This document shows positions 12,801-25,931 of a stretch of DNA of 64,000 bases, piece after piece. This DNA is from Eledone cirrhosa (Eukaryota): the NCBI GenBank assembly GCA_964016885.1, contig OZ024743.1:35278001-35342000 (forward strand), written 5' to 3'. Position numbers and translations under genes: made by a program. The notes below the pieces were generated by a model. That model was not told the DNA's origin. It made no database searches and saw only the letters and a list, made by a program, of their open reading frames with translations. Position 1 is the stretch's first letter; the number at the start of each line of letters is the position of its first letter.

Positions 12801-14582
12801 CATCTCAAACATTTCATCTTAGAAATTGATGTTACAACTTATACAGTGGGGTTGTGAATATTATCATGCCACATCTACTGAAACTAAACCTTTTATTTTT
12901 ATAAAGATTGTTTAATATTTTATTTCTTTAGAATGTGGTGAAATGACAGACTTGGTAGAGTGTCAGATTAAATACTTTGTGATATTTAATTATGGTTTAA
13001 GTTCAAATGTTATTGGCATTGAGAAAATAAGTCAATTCAAGTGCAAGGGTGGGGGGTTGATTCAAATAACTTAAATTACTGATTTATGGTACAAGGGGGG
13101 AAAGAATAGTTTGCCTGCCTCAGTCTTACAGGCTGATCTTCTCCAGAATGCAGTATATTCGTGGTCCTAAAGTGCCCAGTCCAATTCTACTCTATCGCCA
13201 GAAAATGTTGCCATGTGTCTCCCACATGGAGCAGAATGACACAAGCTGCTTCGTCGACATGCGCTGACCAAAAGAGAGAGAAAATCCGTGACGCTGCACC
13301 TGCTTCCTGCCTTCCCTCCCGAGACATCAGTGCTTAGCTACATTACTTGTGGCTTTAATAAACTGGATAGGCCAATTTGCATATATAACGTATTAACAGT
13401 TTAATTAATAAATTTCTGGTGCACTGTTTTATTTCAATGCTATACTACAGAATATATCGATAATATTTTTGCTAGCTCTGTGTATACAGACAGATGCAAA
13501 CGTCTAATAGCATAACAAGGATTCTCAGCATTCGGTGGTAGGTGCTACCACCTTAACAGGTATTATAGGCCAGAGGAAATTTGAGCCCCTTTATACCTGC
13601 ATCTGGGGTAGGTCTGCCCCTTATCACACCTTGCTTGTTACACCTTTGGATTGAAACTAGTCTGGTTCATCTATATTTTTCTATCCAGAGTTTTATGAGT
13701 TTGAGAGTACCCTGGCTTTTGGGATATTTCTGAGTTCAATCCATGTTTGAAATATGGCACCAAATGACAGTTTATTCTACAAAAATAAAAAATAAATAAC
13801 AGGACAGCTGAAACTAACAATCTGAGAAATGCTGCTGTCGTTAAACTGAACTATTAAAATGCTGCCTTCCATCTGGTTTTTGTAAATTGTTATTACCAAT
13901 AAAGTGATTATTATTGGGAAGGAGTATTGTCAATGGATTAACCTCAGTATATTACAGGTATGTAGGTACAGCTGAGTGATTAAGAACGTTGCTTTGCAAT
14001 CATGAGCTTCTAGGTTCAATGCCACTGCATATCATCTTGGGCAAATGTTATTTACCACAGCTTCAGGTCAACCCAAGCCTTGTGTGTTAAACTGGGTAGA
14101 CAGAAACTATGTTGAAGCCCATCTGATGGATTGTAGCTGTAATTCAAAGGTCCAGCCTTGGTACATATTGTGACATGCTGATTCAGCTTGGGAATTACAT
14201 TAAAGGTATAACATGTCTGTGGAATACTCAGTCACTTACATGTTAAATTAACAAGTTAAATGTTTAGAAGATAAAATAACTAAATGCTCATCACTGAAAC
14301 CAACAGACAGTCCATCATTACAAGGAGTTACTTTATTGATCCTTGGACTTATTTTGTTTGGTATACCCAGTGATGTATACAATAATATATGTATACAGTT
14401 TGCTTATTTATCTTATACTTTTAAATTGTAAAAGTTGAAATCAACACTCGTATGATTTGAATACAGAAACTGGAGGGACAAAAATAGAAAAAAAAAAAGA
14501 AAAAAAAAAGCATTTAGTTCTGTGTTTTAACATTTCTACCACAATATCACCTTTCTGTAAAGAACAAATAATCTATTCTTCT

Positions 14583-14927
14583 TTAGATGTTTCTCAGCTG
14601 TACCGAGAGTTTTAGCATGTGTGGTAAACTTAGTTGCTCGAGGCCCACCTCAAGTTTACCCAAATAGTTTTCTTTAACTGTTTGTCGTATAGTTTTCCAA
14701 CACAGTGACTGCAATGAAGGCAACACAGGTGATGAGGCATAGCCGAGTTCTGTGATATATTTTCGCATTTCTTTCATTTGTAGAAGATTCCGTCTACATG
14801 AGGCCAGTGAATGTATTTGTGTATAGCCACCTTCATAAATATAAGAGAGATTTAAGAGGAAAGTCTGTATAGTTTTGTAAATTTGTTCAGGTGAAAGCTG
14901 GCAGGATAGCAAAGCCATGTTAACTAC
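14583..14927 (-). CDS. ASB-like protein, terminal exon with SOCS box
   Basis: Acceptor aatttcag|. Encodes LPSLQSLCWKTIRQTV...LEQLSLPHMLKLSV, a BC-box plus Cul5-box-like SOCS box, then TAA. Joined CDS is 1170 nt (389 aa). Confidence 0.85.
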   Translation of the reverse strand, partial: VVNMALLSCQLSPEQIYKTIQTFLLNLSYIYEGGYTQIHSLASCRRNLLQMKEMRKYITELGYASSPVLPSLQSLCWKTIRQTVKENYLGKLEVGLEQLSLPHMLKLSVQLRNI

Positions 14928-15459
14928 CTGAAATTGACAAGAAAAAGAAAAGAGTAAGCATAAGAAAGAAAACGGGAAATTATTTGTTTTAGCATGGATT
15001 TTAACCCTACTCCTAACATTTTTTATTAAACACTTTTTTTTTTAATAAATAAATAAATAAACTGTCTATGGATTATTTTGTTCTGAACATCAGAGAATCT
15101 GGCAAAAGAAATTTGTCTATAATTTAAATTTTATTTTTTAAATTGAAAATAGAAATGTTTTTATCATCAGCTTATAGCTGCATTACATTTTGTTTTGTAT
15201 ATAAATATATTTCATTTGCAATTGAAGTGTTTAAATATATTTTGTTTAGAATTGTAATTATATTTTCCATCCCTAATAAAGTGAAGCTGAAGCAATGGCA
15301 TTTAAATTTTCAGAAAAAAAAAAACTAATTTCAAATGTAAGTGTATGATATGTTGATACACTTCAAATGAAAATGAAATATATCAACATACGTATTTTTA
15401 AAAAATCAAGATAAAATACTGCAGCTGTACATCTCCAATTATATCAGTTTCTGATTTTA

Positions 15460-15506
<47 letters not shown>

Positions 15507-16293
15507 GGTATTTTGTTGTTTTGTTTTTTTTTTGCATATTCTGAATCTGATGTTTAAAACAAAAAAATCTGAAAACCGTTTAAAAAAAAAAAAAAAAAAA
15601 TTAAGATAAGAGTTAAAAATTCCATACTAAAACAAATTAATACCAGAAAACTTATATTAAATGTCTAAATGTTGTATGAAAACTGATATGTTTGTAATAG
15701 ACAATCAAATTTAAACTGCTGCAGGAAATGTTTAGTTAACTGATATATATTTATCATATTACATGATGAATATGTTAAGTATGGATTCTAGATAGGCTAG
15801 GCAAAAAATAAACAAATTGGGATGGTCATGGCTGAAATGCTTTTGATCATAGGTCGGTTCGATGAGGGTTGAGAGATAAATATCAACAACAATACAACAC
15901 AGCATTATCATATTTTACTGCAATGTATAGTTGCTCAACCGGCTAGAAATAGCAACCAAAACTAGTCTTAAAGAGGGAAGAATATATTTATATTGTATAC
16001 AACATCCATCTCAACAAATATTTAAGGCTATTTTCCCTGCCAAAGCAGAGGTTAGCTTTGCAGATCCAATGATAAGCTTCTCCTTTTTGGCCTATCATCT
16101 GTACCCTCACTAAACCCCTGGCTTTCATTTCCTCCTAAATATTCTGTCTAAAATAAAGATCATGGATGTAACACATTTAACCATAAGTCTGCCCAATCAG
16201 AGCTGATCTGGGGTTAAACAACTACAATAACAACAACTGCAATATATTCCACACAACAGTCTAGAAGCGACCACCTCTCCAGACAATACTCAC

Positions 16294-16474
16294 TGTTCTA
16301 TTAGTGTTTTGTAGAATATAATAAAACACAGTTGGACACCATGCAGGACTGCTGAAGTTGCAACCATTCCTTATTAGCATCATAATGATTTCAAAGTTGG
16401 GTTCCATTGCACGTACAGACACCATGAACGGGCTGATACCTTCATTGTCGGCAGCATCAATATTAGCACCATAA
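16294..16474 (-). CDS. ASB-like protein, middle exon (DYGANIDAADNEGISPFMVSV...IIMMLIRNGCNF...)
   Basis: Acceptor ctttcactag|, donor |gtgagt. Phase matches and the exon continues the ankyrin repeat. Confidence 0.85.
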
Positions 16475-16588
16475 CTAGTGAAAGAAGAGTAAAGTTGAGA
16501 TTGAAGGATTAAAGGAATTTAAAGACAATCTGCTATGATACATGAAATATTTTTGTGTTTCGTAAAACATTAATTTTGACATCTTATG

Positions 16589-16725
16589 ATTTAGCAGAAA
16601 ATATCTAAAACAGGTCTTTTAATTCAAATATTTATAGTATCTTTACTAGAGGATAAAGAGTTGTTTCATACTTTCAAGAATGTTTTGCTAAATTGGTTTC
16701 ATGTGGTACAGGACATTATGAGTTA
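16589..16725. repeat. Dispersed repeat, homologous to about 370-505
   Basis: GATTTAGCAGAAAAT.TCTAAAA...AATTCAAATATTTATAGTATCTTT occurs in introns of both genes. Confidence 0.65.
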
Positions 16726-17169
16726 CTGGCAGTGAATTAGCACATCACATTTTTGTAGTTTAACTGTAGGCTTGTTTGGAAGAAACTATCATTGAACAAT
16801 ATAGTGTGCAACATAGATTGATAGGAACCCACCAACTTGCAGTATTTGTTCCTGCTCTATGTATGTAGAGGGAGATGGTTAAAAAGAAGCTCATTTTTTT
16901 TTTTTGTTACTGAAATGTGAATGAGACATTGACAGGTGAAATGCATTAATTGCCTCACCCAACAAAGGTTAAAAATAGAAATCTGAATAAATGTGGTTAG
17001 TAGTTCAAAAGACAAGACTGCTTTAGTAATAATAACTAATATAAGCAGTATAGGTATGTAAACTAATTACATTGGTAACTAGATGTATAACTGTCAGGGG
17101 ATGGTTAAGTGGGGTAAAGGTCACATCTGACTTGAACCTGATTCACAATACATGATATAATCAATCTTA

Positions 17170-17753
17170 TAATAATAATGAAATTATTGTGTACAGTGCT
17201 CAGGTGCACTACAACTCATCAAAGGTGCATGTGTAGTACATATAATAATATACAAATGTCAGGGAAGTGAATAGTGTATGGAGGGGGAATATTAGGTGTA
17301 GTGTTGGCGAATCTCAGGAAGCATGGAGGTTTTAAAGGATGCAGCGTCTCGACAGCTAATAACTGATACAGATAGTTTATTCCATAATGTTTCCGAAAGT
17401 CATAGGAGCTGTGCTGTTTTCTGACTTTGTAGGCATGCCCACGGGTGTTAGACACATGGAAATCAAAAAGGTACTCAGGGTTGTTGTTGGCAAGATGGTT
17501 AATAATTTTGTGGGTGTTTACCAAGTCAGTTGCCAGATGTCGGAGCTTCAATGTATCCATGCCCAGGGAAGCAAGGCGTTCAGAGTATGGTAGAGGCCTG
17601 ATGGAGCATATTCGCTTGGTTGCACGTCTCTGAACAGTTTCCAGGTGGTCAATGTTCTGAGCAAGATAGGGGTTCCAGACTGGTGATGCAAATTCTAAGT
17701 GTGGCCGCACCATAGCTATATACAGCTTTAAATAGATAGCTGGAGGGCGACTG
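17170..17753 (-). mobile_element. CR1-group LINE 3' fragment with (ATT)n tail, in ASB intron
   Basis: ORF MVRPHLEFASPVWNPYL...VQRRATK. Closely matches 61970-62661. Confidence 0.85.
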
Positions 17754-18379
17754 AATACCTAACATGTTTATGTTGTAGTAGTTTCATTATACAGTTTATT
17801 TATTAGGAAGAATGTTTTTCAATAAAAAAACAAGGTTTCTTTTTGCCTACACTATATTACAGTTGTTTTCAAAAGAAAGAAAAAAGAAACAAAATAAAAA
17901 TGAAAAAAGATGCTATTTGCTACACCAGTCAAGCATGACAGATAAATACTTTCATTGTACTTCTTCCAGTGTCAGGTACTCTCTGTTTCTTCTTAGACAA
18001 CATCCTACTTCCACACAACCTCTTTACAGCAATAGCTAATATTTATAAAATAACATGCAAAGTTCTTCCAATAAAAATGGTATGCTTATGGCTTGATAAT
18101 TCTCATGAAAATGGTGATGCAATGTCTTAACTTTTAACCTGTATGTAATACATGAAATCACATCAGCAAGACATTTTTCAAAATTCCAAAACAGCACTAT
18201 GACTGTATCACATTAAAAATTAAAGTCTTTATTTTAGCTTACTGCAAATTTTCACAGCAATCTCTCCACAAGCAAAGATGCTATCAGCATTCGAATAAAC
18301 AAATCTGTTTTTATATATTTTTTTGCTAAATCAATACAGGATGGTATGGTTATGATAGCCTTATAATGCCAGTCCTATG

Positions 18380-18547
18380 CAGTGTCAGATTTATCATTGT
18401 GCTTCAGCACAAGGTCCCGTTGGCCAGGAAAGGAAGTGGGGGAGATCATCTTCCTGCCAAAAATTTTTTTTACTATCTTGAGGGCCCGTGTAAAGGGCCT
18501 CATAACTTAACTAGAACAGAGTCTCATTTGTCCTAAATCCAGCACTG
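18380..18547. mobile_element. hAT-type MITE
   Basis: TIRs CAGTGTCAGATTTA / TAAATCCAGCACTG. 8-bp TSD GTCCTATG / GTTCTATG with one mismatch. Confidence 0.6.
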
Positions 18548-19049
18548 GTTCTATGTACTAAAAATTGCAAAGATTGTATAATGTAACATGCACATGATCT
18601 ATTCTACTGTAGGGGTTCCCAAAATATCAACCCCCAGCACTCAATGAGACTACTATGGAGGAGGCTGGGGTCAATTGAACTTTTGGGCCAAAACCTGACA
18701 TTAGTATATAAAATAATACAATAAAATACAACTTGTTTATACAGGTTTTTGATTTATATATAATTAGTTTTTATTGTCTATTTATTTTATATTCTGTTTA
18801 CTGGAGCTGATGAGAAGTCAAGGATTCCATGAAGTCATCGATGGTCTAAAACATCTGCAGTTACCTGCTCTACTCTAATGTGACAATTTGTAAAACTAGT
18901 CAGTAGAGAAATAAGAAAACACCAGTTCCATTTTCTTTTAAAATATTATAATTATCTTAGAAAAAGAATAGTCCTTGAAACAGCCCATTGCTAAGTAGTC
19001 ACAAGTCTTGTTGCAGCTGAAATAAAGAATTTACTAATTCAATCTAGAT

Positions 19050-19356
19050 CAGAGGTCTCAAACAGGTGGCCCAGAAACTACTCTTCTGTGGCCCACAGCA
19101 GAACAGTTTTCATGACTAATTAAGGAAAATTTGTCCCCTTACTAATTCACATATCCCACTTTTTATCATATGTATATTCATTTTGATGAAAAATAAATAA
19201 ATAAACAAATAGCAGCTTATCAGCTATATTGCAGATTAGCTTTATAACAGGTGGAAATCACCCACCTCCCCCGCCACCTTCATCTCACTTTTGGCCGGCT
19301 GTATCTCTACCCCATGACTTAATCACCTTTTTGAGTCCTTGAGTTTAAGACCCTTA
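19050..19356. mobile_element. hAT-Charlie-like MITE
   Basis: Ends CAGAGGTCTCAAAC...GTTTAAGACCCTTA. Perfect 8-bp TSD ATCTAGAT; NTCTAGAN is the Charlie-type target. Confidence 0.75.
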
Positions 19357-20260
19357 ATCTAGATCCTGGTATTAGTGACAAACACTATCAAAGGAATGTA
19401 GAGAATGTGACTTACAACTGTATTTACTATGTTTGGCTTCACTACAGACTAATTAAAGTTAACCGCTTTTGATACCAAACAACCCGAAACCACTAATTCG
19501 ACAATACAAAACGGTTTCTTTTAAAATGTTTATACTTATCTTTAAAAAACCTTCCATCATAATTCTATGTAAAACCTTTGTTAAGTTATGCTCTAAACAC
19601 CGAAACTTAATAATGAGAAAGTTAGTCATATTACTTTTAAAAAACCTCCAAATTCTTGATAATTTGTAAAGTCAAAGGTAGTGTCTTTCGTTAGAAATAT
19701 GTTAACAAAAAGATTAAACTATAAAAGTTTGGAGTTCTTAGAAAAGTTCCAACTAGAATCAAAATCTAAGTCACCAGCAAAAATTCATATAATAATGACA
19801 AAGAATCCAAAAAGTAGCAGGCATGGGCTGTGTGGTTAAGGAGTTCACTTCACAATTACCTGGTTTGGGGTTTAGCCCTACTGCATGGCACCTTGGATAA
19901 GGTTGGCCAATGCCCTGTGACTCGAAATTGGTAGATGGAAACCGTGCAGAAGTCTGTTGTATTTATGTATGTATTTATATATATATGTGTGTGTGTGTGT
20001 GAATGTGAGTGTATGAGTGAGTGTGTGTGTGTGTGCATGTGTGTGTGTGAGCGCGTGTCCATGTCTACATTTATTGTTTGTTTATTTTCCATAATTTAAT
20101 GGTTTGAAGAAAAGAGATTGATAAAATAAGTACCAGATTTAAAAAAAAAGTACTAGGGTCGATGTGATAAATTAATCCCCATCAAAGTGATGCTCCAGCA
20201 TGGCAATAGTCTAATGACAAAAACCAATAATAAAATAAAAGAATGAAAGAAGTTACTCAC

Positions 20261-20904
20261 TCTAGTAGTAATTCTACTGTTTTAACACATTTTACACTGC
20301 ATGCTGTCCACAAAGCTGTCCGCTTGTCTTTATCTGTGATGTTGACATTAACACCTACTTTCAGGAGACGGTGGACTCCATGAATAAAGTTCATTCGAGC
20401 AGCATACACCAAAAGAGGTTGAAAATTTTTCTCAGAGAAATAACACATTGTCGAGTCCAAATCCCAAAGCTTTCCACATCTTTCATGAAAATCCATTAAT
20501 ACATGGAAGACAGAGAATTGTCGTTTGTACAAGGCCCAAGCGAGAAGATGTGACATTTTCTTATTTTGAATAATGTCATGACTAAATTCCTTTGAATACA
20601 GCATTTCCTCAAGAGATTCTTTATCTCCACAACAAACAGCTTGAGATAACTGTTTAAAACTTACAGTAGTGTCTTCACTGTTGTTAGTGTTGCCACATCT
20701 ACAGTGGCTGTTAATGTTCGTTTTGGCCCCACAGAGCTGTTGCTGCTTGGCAGCAAACCGGCAATATTTTATCTGACCATGGCAAATGGGTAACTTCTGT
20801 TTGTGTGGACAATTACGGGAATAAAGGATTTCCCTTGGATAGATTTGAAGGCAGCGGAAGCATTGGTGAGTGGCAGGTTGTGGTGAAACCAAGAAGTAAT
20901 CCAT
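20261..20904 (-). CDS. Ankyrin repeat and SOCS box (ASB-like) protein, first coding exon
   Basis: ATG at 20904, 644 nt, donor ga|gtgagt. Cys-rich N-terminus followed by ankyrin motifs (PLLVYAARMNFIHGVHRLLKVGVNVNITDKDKRTALWTAC...TVELLL). Confidence 0.85.
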
Positions 20905-20926
20905 TATTTGGAATGCTGGAAGAACT

Positions 20927-21590
20927 AATAATAATAATAATTATAATTATAATAATGCTTTCTTTATTAACCACAAGGGTTGACATAAAGTATAACATTA
21001 AGGACAGCACAGGACAATACAGGATGGTACAAATGGGCATTTCTGCTTGGAGAAAAAAAACAAAAAAACAGAGGATGTAACAAAAAAGAAAACAATGAAA
21101 AATTCCCCAATAGAGGAAAGACTTCTGAGGGACATTCGTGGAGAAAGCCCATTAAAAAAGCCACGATGACCCTGACCAGTTTTCCAGCTTCAATTTACAG
21201 GTGCATACTCAGAGTAATAATAATAATGATTTAAGGGTTTACAAAAAATACATTAAAGACAGCACAGTACGGTACAGGACGTTACAAATATGGGTTCCTG
21301 TGTGTAAAAAAAAGGAAACAAAAACAAAATATGGAAAAAAAAAATGGAAAGGGGGGAAACCACTCATGGAGAAAGCCCACAAAATCCACGGTCACCCTGA
21401 CCATTAGGGCAAGCACCCTCTCCCAGTTTTCCTCCTACGATACTACAGACACACGCTCAGAGGAGGCCCATTCACTCGGGCCATTCTTGCCTCTCTCACA
21501 CACCTTTCAACAAACTGGCTGGAAGGCAGCACATCCCTCTCCACCCTGATTTTTCCTTTTCAGGTGAAACCAGAAAAAGTTAATGAGAGC
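20927..21590 (-). mobile_element. L1/Tx1-like LINE 3' end with duplicated 3' UTR and (ATT)n tails
   Basis: Minus-strand remnant FFWFHLK.KIRVERDVLPSSQFVERCV. Two diverged direct copies of the 3' UTR (about 20940-21178 and 21215-21403), each ending in ATT repeats. Confidence 0.55.
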
Positions 21591-22577
21591 ATCACCATAT
21601 AATAATAATGGTTTCTTATTTAGGTACAAGGTCAGCAATTTTGAGGGAGGGGAAAGTCGATTAAATCAACCCCAGTATGTTACTAGTGCTTTATTTTATC
21701 GACCCTGTAAGGATGAAAGGCAAAGTTAACCTTGGCTAGACTTGAACTCAGAACGTTAAGGGCGATAACTATGCTGCAAAGCATGGAGTCTGACCCTCTA
21801 CCCCGATACTGCCATTCTAGCACAATTATGATGATTTCTTCATTTTTTGTCACAATAGTCCAAGACATTGGAGATAATACAAAGATGATTTACATTGAGT
21901 AAAAAGGTTTGAAATCAACAAAAACAATAAATGTAACAAAAGAATATTCCCCAATAGTGGGGAAAACCACCCAGAGTAAACCCCACCCCAAAAGTTCTAA
22001 ATTATTCTGTAACACCAAAGGTATTGAAAGTTCCTCTACACATTCAATCAACCTGCTAAAAACAGCAGTCAAATCTCCCTCAATCATACATTATCTTAAA
22101 ATAAAGGATACATTGAATAATGTGACCCTGGGTACATTGTGTCAAGGAAAAGGATGAAATGGTTACTGATGGAATGTCTGTGATGAGTGGATCTACTCAA
22201 TCAGGACAGACCTGAAGCTAAACTACAACAACAACTAACACTTCTTTTACTACTGCTATAGAAGCAAGACCATCTTCCAGGGAAACACCTTCTATACTCT
22301 GTCCTCTGGGGCTGCAGGGTGGCCAACATGTGGACCCTCATTTGCTCACAATAGTGAGAGATGTGGAGAGTGGGAGAGACGAAGACAGTGACAGTGGAGT
22401 TTGGTTCTTTTGTGTTCTGACCTGGTGTATATGTGTGTATGTAAGAGAGAATGGGTCTAAAAGCTGTTTCTTTGACTGAATTTATCTGTAAAAAGCCTGA
22501 TTGTAGTTAGTAGCTCTGTGGGTTGTTTATAACCTTGTGCCTGCTGGAAAAGAGTACTACTTATGAATGGGGGGACC

Positions 22578-22974
22578 TGTAGCAAGAGTTGCCTCCCTTG
22601 TTCACCAATAGATTAACGCTCTCTAGACAGGAAGTAGCTGGAGTTACTTCCCATTGGGGTGGCAGAACCTTTTTTGTCACTTCCGTCTTGAGACCCTATA
22701 AAAGGGATACTCAGAACGATCTCTCTCTCATTTGCCCTTTCGGCTGCTGGACTTCAGCCAGGCACGTTCACCAAGTCTCTACTCTCTGGCAACCCTAACA
22801 TGGTCTCTTGCGAGCTAACTTCAAAACGGTAACAAATAACTTTACTTCATATTTCATCTACTCTTGACATGTCAACAATTCTATACTACATAACTTCAAC
22901 TTGTTAATTAAACTTTATATACACAAGCGTCTTGCTATATTCATACACACCAGTATTCGGTTATAAACCCAACA
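22578..22974 (+). mobile_element. Possible solo LTR
   Basis: TGT...ACA ends and an internal TATAAAA near 22697. No TSD found. Confidence 0.35.
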
Positions 22975-23372
22975 AAATACAGGATAGTGTACATACTGAC
23001 TAGACAAATTGAGTTAAAGGTAATATTTCTACAATGAATTAGAACTGAAAATATGGAGAGGTTGTTCAATATCATATCAATTTAGCCATTTGTAATGCAT
23101 GTATATATGTAAATATATGAAATACCATTACAGTCATCTTTAAGTTATTGAAACAAAGTTTAAGACAATTGCAAACTTGGGATGGATTTAGACATAGTGA
23201 AACCCTAACCCACGAGGACATAACTACAGTTTAATTCCACCGTTTCCGAAACTATACTTATTTAATACTTTTATTACTGAATATTTTCGGTCTGTGTTTA
23301 GTTTGTCAATTGAAGCGACTTTTGAATCGAAAATTGCAATGGTGTTATACGTTTATAACAAATTTCTTTGAC

Positions 23373-23411
<39 letters not shown>

Positions 23412-23730
23412 ACTATATAAACGGAGAAAGGTATTAGTAATACTCTGACTAATTTCCAACTCACTCAACAAACATTAGGAAATACCGGAGTATATTCCCA
23501 ATTAAACGTTTGGGGTGCTAACTATATTGTATTGTGTGGATAATTGGCTGTATTATTTTATATGAGATATATTAAAGATCTCATTTCCCAAACAAATCGT
23601 TTCATTGTAAGATTTCTACATGGTGGGTAATAGTACTAACAAAATAAATGTGAATGGGGTGGGAGATACGCACACTCAAGTACACACCACAACAAGGCGC
23701 GTGGGAGTTATAGGTAATCATTTTTTGAAT

Positions 23731-24124
23731 AGGCTACTTTGCCGGTTCCTGTAAAATAGGAAAACATGCTTTTTAAGCTTATTTTACTGGTCCGAGTAAA
23801 TATAAATAGTGTTGGGTTATGGTTAGGGTTTAAATTGTCTTAATAATTGGTGGTGAAAATAAATAAACTTCTGTGTGTTGTTATTTTTAACATTACCTGC
23901 CTTCATAATAATGGTTTCTGGTTTAGGCAAAAGGGCCAACATTTTGGGGAGGGGGGGTCAATTAAATCGACCCCGTAAGGATGAAAAGCAAAGCTAACCT
24001 TGGCGGGATTTGAACTCAGACCATATAGAGCCGCAACTCTATGCTGAAAAGCATGGTGTCTGACACCACTCTTACCGGAAAAATAGCCTACGGGTCTATT
24101 TTACCGGGACCGGCAAAATAGCCT
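23731..24124. mobile_element. MITE with about 29-bp TIRs, GGTTAGGGTT core and a nested SINE
   Basis: TIRs AGGCTACTTTGCCGGTTCCTGTAAAATAG / CTATTTTACCGGGACCGGCAAAATAGCCT. Minus-strand SINE inserted at about 23905-24075. Confidence 0.65.
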
Positions 24125-24128
24125 CTTC

Positions 24129-24329
24129 CTAATTTTTAAGGCGAGCCAATGCACTCGCATCATTGCCACGAGTGATGGCGAGACTAAGACGCTGGAATAA
24201 TAGAACACCCTCGCAGGCATCATCTGATACATCGGTAAGATGAGCCGCCAACAATGACAAGAACTTCGTCAGAGACGACCCAGTTCTCCCAAACGTCTTG
24301 AACGTCACAGGCTGATTATAATAGGCCAA
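24129..24329 (-). mobile_element. CRE-clade-like non-LTR retrotransposon C-terminal (RLE) fragment
   Basis: PVTFKTFGRTG...LFQRLSLAITRGNDA resembles the PxxxETxG...FQRLSxAxQRGNA C-terminus of CRE-type elements. A homologous copy lies at 42825-43000. Confidence 0.65.
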
Positions 24330-24749
24330 AAATGCATACCTTCCAATTTCATGTTGATAATGAATGTCAGATTTTCTACACGAAGGTAATGTTATTTCTA
24401 TAAGTATGAACTGCGAAAAAAATACATTTCGTCAACATAATCGTATCCTATACCTTCGAGAGTGTATTTCAGCACATTTTCATCAAAATATATTCACTAT
24501 GAAGAAAAGTTAGTAATTAAAGCCGAGGGGGGAAGGGTCATTAAACTAAAGTTACATTTTTTGGCACTACAACGCTATTAGCTGTCAGTCGAAGCAGCCG
24601 ATGAAAGCAAAACATCGTTTATTTCCGTATTACTACCACGCGTAAGTAGAGTTACTTAAATGAAAATATAGGTGGCCCTTAAAAGGGCCAAATTAGAATA
24701 TACCGGTGCGTTTTTACAGTTTTACTAGTTACACATATATATATACACA

Positions 24750-24824
24750 CGGTGTCCCCTCCAAAATATACACACACTTTGATTACTTTGCTGTTGAAGT
24801 GTGTATACATTTTTGGGGACACTG
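24750..24824. mobile_element. Tc1/mariner-type MITE
   Basis: Near-palindromic CGGTGTCCCC...AAAATATACACAC / GTGTGTATACATTTTTGGGGACACTG in a TA-rich context. Confidence 0.55.
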
Positions 24825-24832
24825 TGTTTGTA

Positions 24833-24863
<31 letters not shown>

Positions 24864-25213
24864 TGGGGGAAGGGAGAAATTTTTGGATGCTATACCTGAC
24901 ATAATAAAAAACCAAAATACACCCCTAACATTTGTCGGAATATCAATCACGAGAGTAGATAAATAAATATATAAATACATAAATAAGAATTGATAGAAAA
25001 GGAAAAAAAAATCCCTACATTATAGAATATTCCCAGTCACCCCTAAATTTTCCCTAAATTTAAAAACCGGGAGGGAAAAGTCCGAGGGTTAAAATCCCAA
25101 ATGATGGTACCTCAACTACTAGTGTATCCCTTCGCATTAGTTTAAAGCAATACATATGATCGCTTTGAAGACTCTTATTCGTTTCTAAGGGTCTCGTTTT
25201 TTTCTCTTCTTTC

Positions 25214-25261
<48 letters not shown>

Positions 25262-25651
25262 AAATCTTTCCCTCTCTGTCTATCTTTTGCCATAAAAACG
25301 ATAATGATAATCAATTCAATTAAGAAATATATATATATATATATTATTAGTATTATTATTAAAATTAAATACCATTTATTCTGCAGCAGAGAGCTTCATC
25401 TTCTCCATCACTCGCTCCTCCAGAATCGTATACATATATATATATATGTGTGGTGTGTATGTGTTTGTGTGTATATGTATATATGTTTGCGATCGCCACT
25501 CTCACCCTTCGTGAGGAGAATGCTGTGTGCGTATTCACATATTTAGAGGTAATATCACGTGAACACAATCACATGACAAATCACATTATTCTTTCAAAAG
25601 GAAAAGTTTGGCGCCAAAATTCTCTTAGTGTTGTCTGAAATGTATAGCCTT

Positions 25652-25733
25652 ATACACGCTGAGGAACGGGAGTTATTCCATTTCTGTCAACAACTTACTG
25701 GCGAAACAGATCTCTTTGGATTTGTACGTGTGT
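25652..25733 (+). ncRNA. Type I hammerhead ribozyme motif with a full stem III
   Basis: Stem I ATACACG/CGTGTGT, core CTGAGGA (25659-25665), imperfect stem II, GAAA (25703-25706), stem III ACAGATCT/GGATTTGT, GUA cleavage triplet. Confidence 0.7.
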
Positions 25734-25893
25734 TATGTAGTTATAGAGGTATTTATTTACGCTTTAATTTATATTTTTAATTATCGTGTCTATAGTCTGC
25801 CTTTCATAGGTTATAGATTCCATACACTGGTGGTTGTTTCCCTATTTTATTGATAGCGCACTGTATCTCTCTCTAGTGTGTTACCTTTTCAAC

Positions 25894-25931
<38 letters not shown>

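Noticed and set aside
13100-13650. Moderately GC-rich unique-looking stretch between the two genes
   Set aside because: No ORF, splice pattern, terminal repeats or second copy that I could support.
18037-18138. Phase-compatible alternative terminal exon for the ASB gene (ELKVKTLHHH...YKY*)
   Set aside because: Weak acceptor and no recognisable protein similarity; such a match is expected by chance in AT-rich DNA.
24454-24560. Possible 5' UTR exon of the ASB gene (AAG|GTATAG on the minus strand)
   Set aside because: The donor is weak and there is no independent evidence, so it is not listed as a feature.
25160-25200. TTGAAGA followed by the hairpin GACTCTTA/TAAGGGTC
   Set aside because: No complete hammerhead core on either strand.
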